Both the position numbers and the translations under genes were made by a program. The notes under the pieces are model-generated. The model was not told the DNA's origin, ran no database searches, and saw nothing but the letters and a program-made list of their open reading frames with translations. Of a stretch of 55,743 bases of DNA, positions 17,874-26,089 are shown in pieces; position 1 is the stretch's first letter, and every line of letters starts with the position of its first letter. Source of the DNA: a virus (lineage: Duplodnaviria > Caudoviricetes); IMG/VR virus record IMGVR_UViG_3300020201_000023, positions 1 through 55,743 of that record. The stretch is one strand, 5' to 3'.

Positions 17874-18888
17874 GGACGCGATTCACCGTCGGGCTCGACG
17901 GCACTCCGCACCGGCTCGACTACGACGCGCCCAACGCTCGCACGGCGGCGGAGCGATGCGTCGAGAACCTCGTCGTGGACGGCCATTGGGAAGACGAGGA
18001 ACTCCCGGAACTTGTCTACGTGACTGTCAGCGACGCGCTCACGGGGACGCAGGCGCGATTCTGCGTCGACATCTAGTGGGAGGTGTCCGTGTCGGCGATT
18101 CGAATGGAGCCGCTATGACCGACAGCCGATACGAGAAGATGCGCCACGCGCTCGGCTGCGCGCGGTACAACCAGGGGTGGAAGAAGCCGTACCGCAACCA
18201 CTACGCGGCCGGAGGCGACGACGAGCGGGTGTGGGATGGGCTCGTCGCCGATGGTCTCGCGCGGCGCGTGCGCGAAGGGTGCGACCTCACCGGCGGCTGC
18301 CCGCTCTACGTCGTCACCGCAGACGGCGAGGCGGCGGCGCTCGCGGGGATCGTCTTCAAGCGCCGGTGGGGATACGGGACGCCGGTGAACCCCTGAACGA
18401 CGAAAAGCCCGCCGCCCCTGCCGGTTAGGCAGAGACGACGGGCTGACGGGCGCGTAGAGGATGACGCTGCCGAGGTAGGTCTACGTAGAGGAGCGACGAT
18501 GAAAAAGCCACTCACGATGACGCGCGAGCAAGAGGGACGGATCCGCGACATCGCGGATGACATGGGAATGGAGTACGGCGACGAGATCCGCGACCTGCTG
18601 GCGGAGATCGACGCGCTGCGCGAAGGCGTGCCGCGAACGGACCCGCGCCCGTTGGCGGGCGGGCGCATATCGCGGACGAGTTGCCCGAGCGGGTACGCCT
18701 CGCTGCATGCGGTGGGAGGCGACGTCCGGTACTTGCTCGGCGACGTGAACGTCGGATGCCGCGGCGAACTCGCGGCGCATGGCATGCTGCTGCGTCAAGG
18801 GCAGCGCTGCGACGTGCGGTTCGGCGAGCACGTCGCGCTGGCCTGGCAGGGCAATACGCCGGGCACGATGGTGGAGCACGAAGGCTAA
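17870..18888 (+). CDS. Three hypothetical genes (17870-18076, 18115-18396, 18499-18888)
   Basis: Each has an RBS or an overlap start. Confidence 0.55.
18403..18444 (-). terminator. Putative intrinsic terminator near the convergence of early and late operons
   Basis: agcccgccgcccctgcc...ggcagagacgacgggct stem with a T4 tail on the minus strand. Confidence 0.45.
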
Positions 18889-19580
18889 GCGCCTGACGCG
18901 ATGGCGCTGCGCATGCGCTCCCAGGACCACGCGGCCGGCCCTGGATCCCACGGTGCGCCCCTCGCCGAGCGGCTGGCCGGATGCGCGTCGCTGTGCGTGA
19001 CGACGTGCTCGCGGTCGACGGGGATGCCGTGCCTGTCGGCGATGTCGAGCGTGAGCCGCGCGAGCGTCGCCCAGCACTCCGGCGACCACGGGCCGCGCGC
19101 GCCCGCGAGAGGCGGCACGACCTCCACGCCGATGCTTGAGCGGTTGCACGACCCGTCACGCCACAGCAGCCCGCCAGCGAGCGCGTGCGGCGATTCGAGC
19201 TCGGGCCACCGCTCGCCCCACCAGCGCAGGCCGGCCGTCATCCACCGGGCGCGTGGGCGCGCGTAGACGGCATTGCCGGCGCCGCCGACGTGGCGAGCGC
19301 TGAGCGCTTCGGGCACGACCTGCACGCACTGCCCGAGTTGCCCGACGACGTAGTGCGCCGAGTCCTGCATGATCGTCGCGTAGATGCGGACCGCGGTATC
19401 GAACGGCGAGTCATCGCCCTTGCGCGTGCCCTCGCGAACGAAGCGCGATATCGGTCCGCTGCCCGTCGTGTGGAACACGGTCGCGGCCGGCGGCATCGGG
19501 CGCTCGTCGCAGAGCCCGCGCCGGAAGCCGAGCCCGGCGACGAAGCGCGTGGCGATCGGCGAGTCGACGGCGTGCGTCAT
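18885..19580 (-). CDS. Endolysin, N-acetylmuramoyl-L-alanine amidase (Amidase_2-like)
   Basis: VFHTTG, SAHYVV, ARHVG, NRSSIGVEV, VVTHSDA, DPG. Confidence 0.88.
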   Translation of the reverse strand: MTHAVDSPIATRFVAGLGFRRGLCDERPMPPAATVFHTTGSGPISRFVREGTRKGDDSPFDTAVRIYATIMQDSAHYVVGQLGQCVQVVPEALSARHVGGAGNAVYARPRARWMTAGLRWWGERWPELESPHALAGGLLWRDGSCNRSSIGVEVVPPLAGARGPWSPECWATLARLTLDIADRHGIPVDREHVVTHSDAHPASRSARGAPWDPGPAAWSWERMRSAIASGA

Positions 19581-19747
19581 CGGCTCGCCTCGTACGCAGC
19601 AACAGCCTCGGCCAGCGTCCGCATCGCCGCGCGCTCAGTCGCTCGCGGTACGCCGTCGCGCTCGACGACACGGACGTACGCCTGCGCCGCGCGCACGACC
19701 GGACCCATGCGGGCGACCACGCTACCGCGGACGTCGCCGATGCTCAT
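19577..19747 (-). CDS. Small hypothetical protein
   Basis: Coupled ORF starting MSIGDVRG. Confidence 0.5.
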   Translation of the reverse strand: MSIGDVRGSVVARMGPVVRAAQAYVRVVERDGVPRATERAAMRTLAEAVAAYEASR

Positions 19748-19932
19748 CGGAGCCGCAGTCCGCGCGGGAGGTCGGCGCCGAATACAGTCGCGAGGATCCA
19801 AAGGATCACTGCGGCGATGAGCAGCAACTGCGCCGCGCGCCGGTAGCGAGCGTCGATCGGAATGAGGTCGATGAGCGCAGCGATCACGCCCACGACGATG
19901 ATGACGACGACGATCGTCAGGATGACGGTCAT
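19744..19932 (-). CDS. Small two-TM membrane protein (holin candidate)
   Basis: Two hydrophobic helices, in the lysis cluster. Confidence 0.6.
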   Translation of the reverse strand: MTVILTIVVVIIVVGVIAALIDLIPIDARYRRAAQLLLIAAVILWILATVFGADLPRGLRLR

Positions 19933-20234
19933 CGCTGCGACTCCGGCGGCGTCGTGTCGTGCCGCGCCGTGGACTCGTCATCGCGCGACGGCTTCGCGTC
20001 GACTGCGGCATCGACCGCGGCGTCCTGCGCAGCGACGCGCGAATCGAGTGAGGGCACGCGCCTGATGCGGTCGACGATTTGCTGACGCGTCAGCCCTGCC
20101 TTGGCCATGGTCGCCGAGACGCCAAGCGCCGCCTGCAGGATGGCGACGACGTCGCGCACGGGACCGTGCGGCAGTCCGAGCACGGCAGTGGCGGCAATGT
20201 CTGCGCCCGTGCGCAGTGTGTCGGCGAGGGTCAT
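19929..20234 (-). CDS. Hypothetical lysis-region protein
   Basis: Coupled ORF starting MTLADTLR. Confidence 0.55.
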   Translation of the reverse strand: MTLADTLRTGADIAATAVLGLPHGPVRDVVAILQAALGVSATMAKAGLTRQQIVDRIRRVPSLDSRVAAQDAAVDAAVDAKPSRDDESTARHDTTPPESQR

Positions 20235-20749
20235 GGCGCACCCGCAAAGGATGCGAGCATCGGCGGCGGCGCAGGCACGTCGAGCCCCAGCGCCCGCCCG
20301 ACAGCGGACCACGCGCCCCACGCTGAGACGACGCGACGAGCGAGCACGAGCCAGCGCGGCACGTCGTCGAGGTCGCCGGCGGCCGCGAGAACGAGCACGT
20401 CGACCCAGGCGCCATGCGTGAGCCGCAGCGCCTCGAATGTGGCGAGCGCAGGCTCGTAGCGCAGGCGCACGGCAGCGACGGCGGCTTGCGCGTCCTCGCG
20501 GTACGCGGTGTCTGCGTGCGCCGCGTCGAGGTCGCGCTGCCGCGCGGAGAGCAACTCGCCGCCGCTGGCGGTCACTGCGACGCCGACGGCGTCAGCGGCT
20601 GCCGCGTGTACCTGTAGATCGGACGTGCCGCAGCCGGAGATACACGCCGCGGCCGTGACGATGACCATCGCCAGCAGCCACGCGACGCACGCGCCGATCA
20701 GGGCACGCCGTCGCGTCTGCGCGGAGACGACGCCCACGAGCGATGTCAC
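20231..20749 (-). CDS. Putative lipoprotein (spanin candidate)
   Basis: RRR plus hydrophobic stretch plus ISGC lipobox-like motif; helical body. Confidence 0.5.
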   Translation of the reverse strand: MTSLVGVVSAQTRRRALIGACVAWLLAMVIVTAAACISGCGTSDLQVHAAAADAVGVAVTASGGELLSARQRDLDAAHADTAYREDAQAAVAAVRLRYEPALATFEALRLTHGAWVDVLVLAAAGDLDDVPRWLVLARRVVSAWGAWSAVGRALGLDVPAPPPMLASFAGAP

Positions 20750-21054
20750 TGCGGCTCCGCGGGCGGCAGCGTCTCGCGCGGCACGTCGGGCGTGGTGACG
20801 GTGGACTCGCCGCCGACGCGGACGATCGCGATCGGCGTCGCGCCTTCGAGCACAGCGACGGCCTCGGCCTCGGTCGGCGGCAGCTTGCGAGCGCTCTGGA
20901 GCACGGCGGCGATGATGACGGCGACGATCGCTAGCGTCTGGTGTACCCACGTCGGGGTATCCGGCGGCAGCACGGGCAGCACGGCGGCGATCACCATGCC
21001 GAGCGTCAGCAGCCATCCGGCGATGATGGTCGGCGTCACTTTGATCTTGCTCAT
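20746..21054 (-). CDS. Two-TM membrane protein (holin candidate)
   Basis: RBS AAGGAG; two TM segments. Confidence 0.55.
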   Translation of the reverse strand: MSKIKVTPTIIAGWLLTLGMVIAAVLPVLPPDTPTWVHQTLAIVAVIIAAVLQSARKLPPTEAEAVAVLEGATPIAIVRVGGESTVTTPDVPRETLPPAEPQ

Positions 21055-21097
21055 TCGGTCATCTCCTTCGCGCGCGAGTCCAGCCCGCGCCAATCGG

Positions 21098-21809
21098 TCA
21101 CTTGCTGCCGTGCATCAGCGTCGCGAGAAAGCGCCTCGCCATCGCGAGTTCGCTGCGCGCCATCTCGGCTTCCGCGCGCGCCAACTGTAGCGCGAGCACG
21201 CACTCCGAGCACTCGGTGCGCAGCCGGTCGCGTTCGTCGTCGTCGTCGTCGCGGTCTGCGTCGCGCGCCGACAGCGCCTTGTCACGCGCGGTCTCGGCCT
21301 TGTCAGCGCGCGCGTTGGCGCGGTCAACTTCATCGGCGCGTGTTTTGGCGCGGCCGGTGAGATGCCCCGCGAGCCAGCGCACGACGACGGCGGTGGACGG
21401 TGCGCCCGCGAGCAGCGCGACCAGTTGCCAAATGCTCACGGGGTCAACTCTCCTCGCGGCGTGTGTCCCTCGCCATCGCGAGTTCGCGCCGGCACTCGCG
21501 CAAGTCATGCTCGACGCGCTCGCGCCGCGTTTTCTCGGCGTGCAGCGAATCGGCGAACGACTGGAGCTCTGCATCGCGCCGCTGCCGGTCGAGGCTGCGT
21601 ACGTGCTCGAGTCCCTTGACCAGCACGTCGCGCGTGGCGTCGTCCTCCGGGATGGCGCGCGCGACGGCGGCAGCGAGCGTGATGTCGACGCCGCCGAGGA
21701 TGATGAGGCGGCGCACGCACTCGCCGACCGACACCAGCGCGGCGTCAGCGGCAACGAGCACGGCGACCGATGGCGTCGGGCGGCGCGGTGGCCGTGAGAT
21801 TGGAGACAT
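21098..21809 (-). CDS. Two coiled-coil proteins (21098-21439 with N-terminal TM; 21444-21809)
   Basis: RBS GAGGAG and GGAGG; heptad patterns. Confidence 0.55.
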
Positions 21810-21828
21810 GGCGCCTCCGGTGGTGCGA

Positions 21829-22356
21829 CTACCATCCCGCCGACTCGATGCCGCCCGCGCCCCACCATCCGGCGCGCTTGTGCAGCCGATCGGCGTCGCC
21901 GAGAGACGTGCGGCCGAGCCAGTGCACCGCCTCATGCGCGATGACGCTGCGCTGCACTTCGGGCGTCTCGTACCCGCTGACCCATATCATCACGCGATAC
22001 GTGTTGGTGAGCGACGCCAGCGGATCGACGATGTCGCCCTCCCACGTAGTGACGCCGGCCGCGCAGCCCCATCGGCATCCGCCCGCCGCCTGCCTCTCGG
22101 GCGTGCCGCAGTACGGTCCGCGCGATGTGCAGTACGCGGACATCGTCGGCTCCGTCACGCGCACGACGACCATGCGGCTCGCGCGCTCTTCGCGACTGCG
22201 AGCGGAGTATGGGTGCCCCGCGAGCCGCCACGCTCCGATGACGGCATCGACGATGGCGAGGTCGCTGGCACGCGGTGGGCGCTCGGCTCCAAGCGGCAGA
22301 CTCTGCACGCACGACGATGCGCACAGCAGCGCGAGGATGGCGGCGACGCGGTTCAC
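21829..22356 (-). CDS. Putative lipoprotein with HExxH zincin motif
   Basis: LALLCASSC lipobox-like motif; VIAHEAVHWLG...H. Confidence 0.55.
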   Translation of the reverse strand: MNRVAAILALLCASSCVQSLPLGAERPPRASDLAIVDAVIGAWRLAGHPYSARSREERASRMVVVRVTEPTMSAYCTSRGPYCGTPERQAAGGCRWGCAAGVTTWEGDIVDPLASLTNTYRVMIWVSGYETPEVQRSVIAHEAVHWLGRTSLGDADRLHKRAGWWGAGGIESAGW

Positions 22357-22679
22357 GCCTTGTCGATCGGATTGACGCCCGCCATCACGCTCCAGAGACC
22401 GCCTAGTGACGTTGTGATCTCCGCCTCGGTCGGCGCTGCCACGTCGACGAAGTTGCCGATCAGTGCGATAGCCTGCGCGAACGGCCCCACGTAGCCCGCG
22501 GAGCGATCGGAGAGCACCGAGGTCGCGAGGTTGCTGCGCTTCGCGTCGACGTTCGGCTTCGTCGTTGCGGCCTCGCCCGCGACATTGACCGCCGCCTTGA
22601 CAGCAAGGAGCTGTACGTTGGTCCGGAAAGGGCCGCTTGCAATGAGTGCCTGGGCTTGTGCGAGATTCGGGATTGCCAT
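22353..22679 (-). CDS. Hypothetical tail-associated protein
   Basis: RBS AAAGGT; follows the LamG-like gene. Confidence 0.6.
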   Translation of the reverse strand: MAIPNLAQAQALIASGPFRTNVQLLAVKAAVNVAGEAATTKPNVDAKRSNLATSVLSDRSAGYVGPFAQAIALIGNFVDVAAPTEAEITTSLGGLWSVMAGVNPIDKA

Positions 22680-22697
22680 GGTCTATTACCTTTCGTA

Positions 22698-23504
22698 CTA
22701 CGCGACGGAAATGCTGCTGAGACTGCCGATCAGTCGTTCACACTGTTGCATCTCTCCGGCGGTAAGCGCTCGATTGAAGAGCAAGAACTTCGTGAACCCG
22801 CCAGCCCAGCCCAGCGACGGACCAGCGCGCGCGCCGATGTGCAGATTCAGGTTGCCAAAAGTGTTGCCGTTGTCGTTGTTTGTGATGACCGTTGGCGTGA
22901 CCACAACGCCGTCGCGGCGGATGAGCGACGCTTCACCAGACGCCAGGGATTTGTCGAGCACGGTGGAAAGCACACGCGCGGTCGCCAGCGTTTCGGCTAT
23001 CGAGTAGCTGCTGACCCCGACGTCCCCGCGTAGGTAGTTCGCAAAAATCGTGGCGGTGACATACAGCTCGAACGCGACAGCCGACACGCCGGGGTTGGGG
23101 CCGTAGTCGCAGACGATCGCCGTCCCTGTGTTGGTGTCGATGGCTCCCAGGATCATCGTCACCGCAGACACGCCCGAGATCTGAGACAGCGTCGCGCTGG
23201 AGGAAAGGATTTGCGAGCCGTTCAGCGACACCGTAGGCCGGCCGTTGACCGCCGTGTCTCGCGTCGCGTTGCCGTTGAAAACGTAGCCGTTGACGCGCGA
23301 GGCGATTGACGTGAACGCGCCGGCGGCGACGTCGCGCGCATCGAGGTCGATGACCAGGCCGCTGATAGACGCCGGGTTGAACTCCGGTGTACCACCACCT
23401 CCGCCGCCGCGCCGCACGCTCCCGCGCCCGCCTCCGCGCCGACTCATCGCCGCACGCGCACGCAGCGCCGCAGGCACGTCGGCGTCGAGGTGCACGCGAT
23501 TCAC
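22698..23504 (-). CDS. LamG/concanavalin-A-like domain virion protein (receptor-binding candidate)
   Basis: FNPASISGLVIDLDA, NGRPTVSLNG, LHIGAR, LLFNRALTAGE. The start position is uncertain. Confidence 0.75.
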   Translation of the reverse strand: MNRVHLDADVPAALRARAAMSRRGGGRGSVRRGGGGGGTPEFNPASISGLVIDLDARDVAAGAFTSIASRVNGYVFNGNATRDTAVNGRPTVSLNGSQILSSSATLSQISGVSAVTMILGAIDTNTGTAIVCDYGPNPGVSAVAFELYVTATIFANYLRGDVGVSSYSIAETLATARVLSTVLDKSLASGEASLIRRDGVVVTPTVITNNDNGNTFGNLNLHIGARAGPSLGWAGGFTKFLLFNRALTAGEMQQCERLIGSLSSISVA

Positions 23505-24072
23505 TGCGCCACCGCAACCGCGACGACGAACGCGAACGCGACGAGAGCGAACGCGGCGACGCGCATCGCCGACGAGCGGCGCACGACGTCCCACGCGCAG
23601 TAGACGGTGAGCTCCGCGTGCGCGTCGAACGGCGCGAGCGGAAGCGCGACGGCGAGAGCGGCGAGAGCGCGGAGCGTGCGCATCAGATTACACCGGGGCC
23701 GTTCGAGAGGTACCAGCGGAACGTGCCCGCGCTCGCCGAGATGACCTTGAACGAGCGCCGCAGCGGGCCGGCGCGCAGCGAAATCACGCCCGGCTGATAC
23801 GGCCCCATCGTTCGCGTCGCGCCCGAGACTGCCGCGATCACCGGGTCGGTGACGGTGCCGGGCGACGTCTCCGACCCGTTCGCGCTGAACGTCAGGAAGA
23901 ACACAACGTCGCAGCCGATCGAGATGAACCCCGCCGGCGCGGCCGGAGTGCCGAGAATGCCAGTGGTCTGAATCGCGCTCGCCGTGGCGGCGACGAGTGC
24001 GACGCAGTTGATCGCGGCCTCTGTCGGCGGCGAGTAGTCGCTGTCTTGCTCTACTATCCGGGATGATGTCAT
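23501..24072 (-). CDS. Two hypothetical late genes (23501-23683, 23683-24072)
   Basis: Coupled ORFs in the tail region. Confidence 0.5.
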
Positions 24073-24105
24073 GTCAGCTCCTGCGCCGTGGCGCGGTGGT
24101 GGTGG

Positions 24106-25134
24106 TCACTCTGCGGCGCACGCGCTGGCAACGTAAAACGTGCCGGCTGCGCCCGTGCGCCGAAACTCAATCGTGAAAGTCGAGTTCGCGAACGTGCCGC
24201 CCGGCAGCCCGCTCGCGACCGTGAGGTCTTCGCAAGCGAACGACAGCGACGTCGTGTACCAAGCGAACGTCGTACCGGGGTCCGTGACGGTCAGTGTCAC
24301 GCTAGCCGCAGTCGCGTTGTTCGTGATTCGGATCTCGCCGTCCGTGGTGGCGTTGCTCGCGCGGCACAAAAACGAGAATCCAACGGAGCGAGCCGTGTCC
24401 GCCGCTAGAATCTTGCGCGTGAGGATGTGCCCCTGAATGAGCATCGGGACGAACGACCCGACGGAGTCGCCCCAGCAATCCGTGATGTTGTCCGGGCGCG
24501 CATACCCGAGGTAAGTGCGCCGGAGCAGCGCGCCGGTGCCAGCCATTCGTTCGTGCGCGTCGAAGATGCCGCCGAGCGAATTGTTCTCGCGTGCGTCGAT
24601 TGGCTCGCGCGCCCACGCGCTGGTCATCTCGACGCCGCGGTCGGTGGCGTCGAGCGCCAGCACGGCGCGCGGCGATTCGTGGCACGAGATGCCCGAGATA
24701 CGAGCGCCGCCGGACCCGGCGCCGTTGACGATCGTCAGCGTGAGCGTTTGCAGCGCGCTGCTCTTGGCGGTGAGATCCTCGAGATATTCGATCGGCACGG
24801 CGTCGGACGGCGACGCGGGGACGTCGACAGTTCTGGACGCCATCGCGCCGGCCGATATCGTCGCAGTCCCGCCTCGCGTGTCGCCGATGATGTAGATGCG
24901 CCACACGCGGCGCACCGAGCGCCCGTTCGGCGAGACGCGGTATTGAAAGGTCTTGGTCGCGCCGGCCGCAATCGCCTGGTCTGGGTCGTACGCGGGCACG
25001 AGCACGTCGCCTTGGCCGAGGCACCAGTTGGCGAGCTCTACGCCAGTGAGCCAGGTACGCGAGCGCACCGCGCGACCGCTGACGACGTCGGCCTCGCGCA
25101 CGATGCTGCGGCGGCGTGGGACTGATGCGGTCAC
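24106..25134 (-). CDS. Minor tail protein
   Basis: Beta-rich ORF downstream of the tail tip gene. Confidence 0.6.
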   Translation of the reverse strand: MTASVPRRRSIVREADVVSGRAVRSRTWLTGVELANWCLGQGDVLVPAYDPDQAIAAGATKTFQYRVSPNGRSVRRVWRIYIIGDTRGGTATISAGAMASRTVDVPASPSDAVPIEYLEDLTAKSSALQTLTLTIVNGAGSGGARISGISCHESPRAVLALDATDRGVEMTSAWAREPIDARENNSLGGIFDAHERMAGTGALLRRTYLGYARPDNITDCWGDSVGSFVPMLIQGHILTRKILAADTARSVGFSFLCRASNATTDGEIRITNNATAASVTLTVTDPGTTFAWYTTSLSFACEDLTVASGLPGGTFANSTFTIEFRRTGAAGTFYVASACAAE

Positions 25135-25769
25135 AGCGGCACCTGCTCTGCGGCGTACGCTTGCGTGCAGAACGCGGCGCCTGCGACAGCGGAAAACGCC
25201 CAGACTTCGATCACGACCATCACGGCGGCGACGCTTCCGGGGCTGCCGGAGTTCACACCGTCGACGATGGCGAGCGACGTCGCGAGAAACGACGCATCAA
25301 GCGTCAGCGTGGTCTTCGCCACCGTCGGGTCGCGCCATGCGTTCGTCGCCGACGTGAACGCCGCCGTCTCGAGGATGTTCGCGCCGATCGTCGTCGCCTG
25401 CATCTCGATACTCGCGGACGACGGGAGGCACGCGCCGATGCGCAGTCGGCTGGACGCGACGCCGTCACTTCGTCCGCCGACGCGCGCGCGAATCGGATAC
25501 GGCAGCCCGTCGGAGCCGACGAGCAGCGGGAACGGGCCGAAACTGTAGAGCCGCTGCCACTCGCTCGCGACGCCGACCTTGACGCCGATGCCGCCCGTCG
25601 TCGTGCTCAGCGGAGGGAACGAGACGAGCACGCGCGAGCGCGAATCGGCCAGCGCGTTGAGATTGTTCGCAAGCGTGCGCATGGTGCTCGTCGCGCACGC
25701 AGTGCCGCTAACGGCAGCGGCGCCGGCGGGCACGCCGTCGATCTGACCGAGTTCGGATGCCGTCGCCAA
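25131..25769 (-). CDS. Minor tail protein
   Basis: TTG start with RBS GGAGG; position in the tail module. Confidence 0.6.
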   Translation of the reverse strand: MATASELGQIDGVPAGAAAVSGTACATSTMRTLANNLNALADSRSRVLVSFPPLSTTTGGIGVKVGVASEWQRLYSFGPFPLLVGSDGLPYPIRARVGGRSDGVASSRLRIGACLPSSASIEMQATTIGANILETAAFTSATNAWRDPTVAKTTLTLDASFLATSLAIVDGVNSGSPGSVAAVMVVIEVWAFSAVAGAAFCTQAYAAEQVPL

Positions 25770-25813
25770 AGTGCCTCCGTTGCGCGCTCGCGGCGCCGTG
25801 TCACGATTCGCGG

Positions 25814-26089
25814 ATGAAGACGACGACGTTCGCGATGATGGTACTGGCGGCGGCGATGATGGGTGCGTGCGACGATCGCGTTCGCGTGCCCGTGGAGCGC
25901 GAGGACGCTGGCGCGATGCGAGACGCCGCGCCTCGCCCGTCCTATTGCTGCGACAGCGCGCGCTCGATCTGCCAGCCGATTGAGGGAAGCGTACTGCGCA
26001 CGGACTGCGTCAGCTGCACCCCCGGCGGCGGCTGCAACGGCGGGTGCTACATGGATAGCGGGTCGGCGAAGTGCGCGCTCGCCTACTAG
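25814..26089 (+). CDS. Cys-rich lipoprotein (moron, opposite strand)
   Basis: MKTTTFAMMVLAAAMMGAC lipobox and 8 further Cys. It exactly fills a gap in the minus-strand tail operon. Confidence 0.75.
   Translation: MKTTTFAMMVLAAAMMGACDDRVRVPVEREDAGAMRDAAPRPSYCCDSARSICQPIEGSVLRTDCVSCTPGGGCNGGCYMDSGSAKCALAY

Noticed and set aside
23335-23365. Possible self-target of array A6 in the LamG-like gene (VIDLD codons)
   Set aside because: Only 5 consecutive dinucleotides match and the flanks mismatch, which is compatible with chance.
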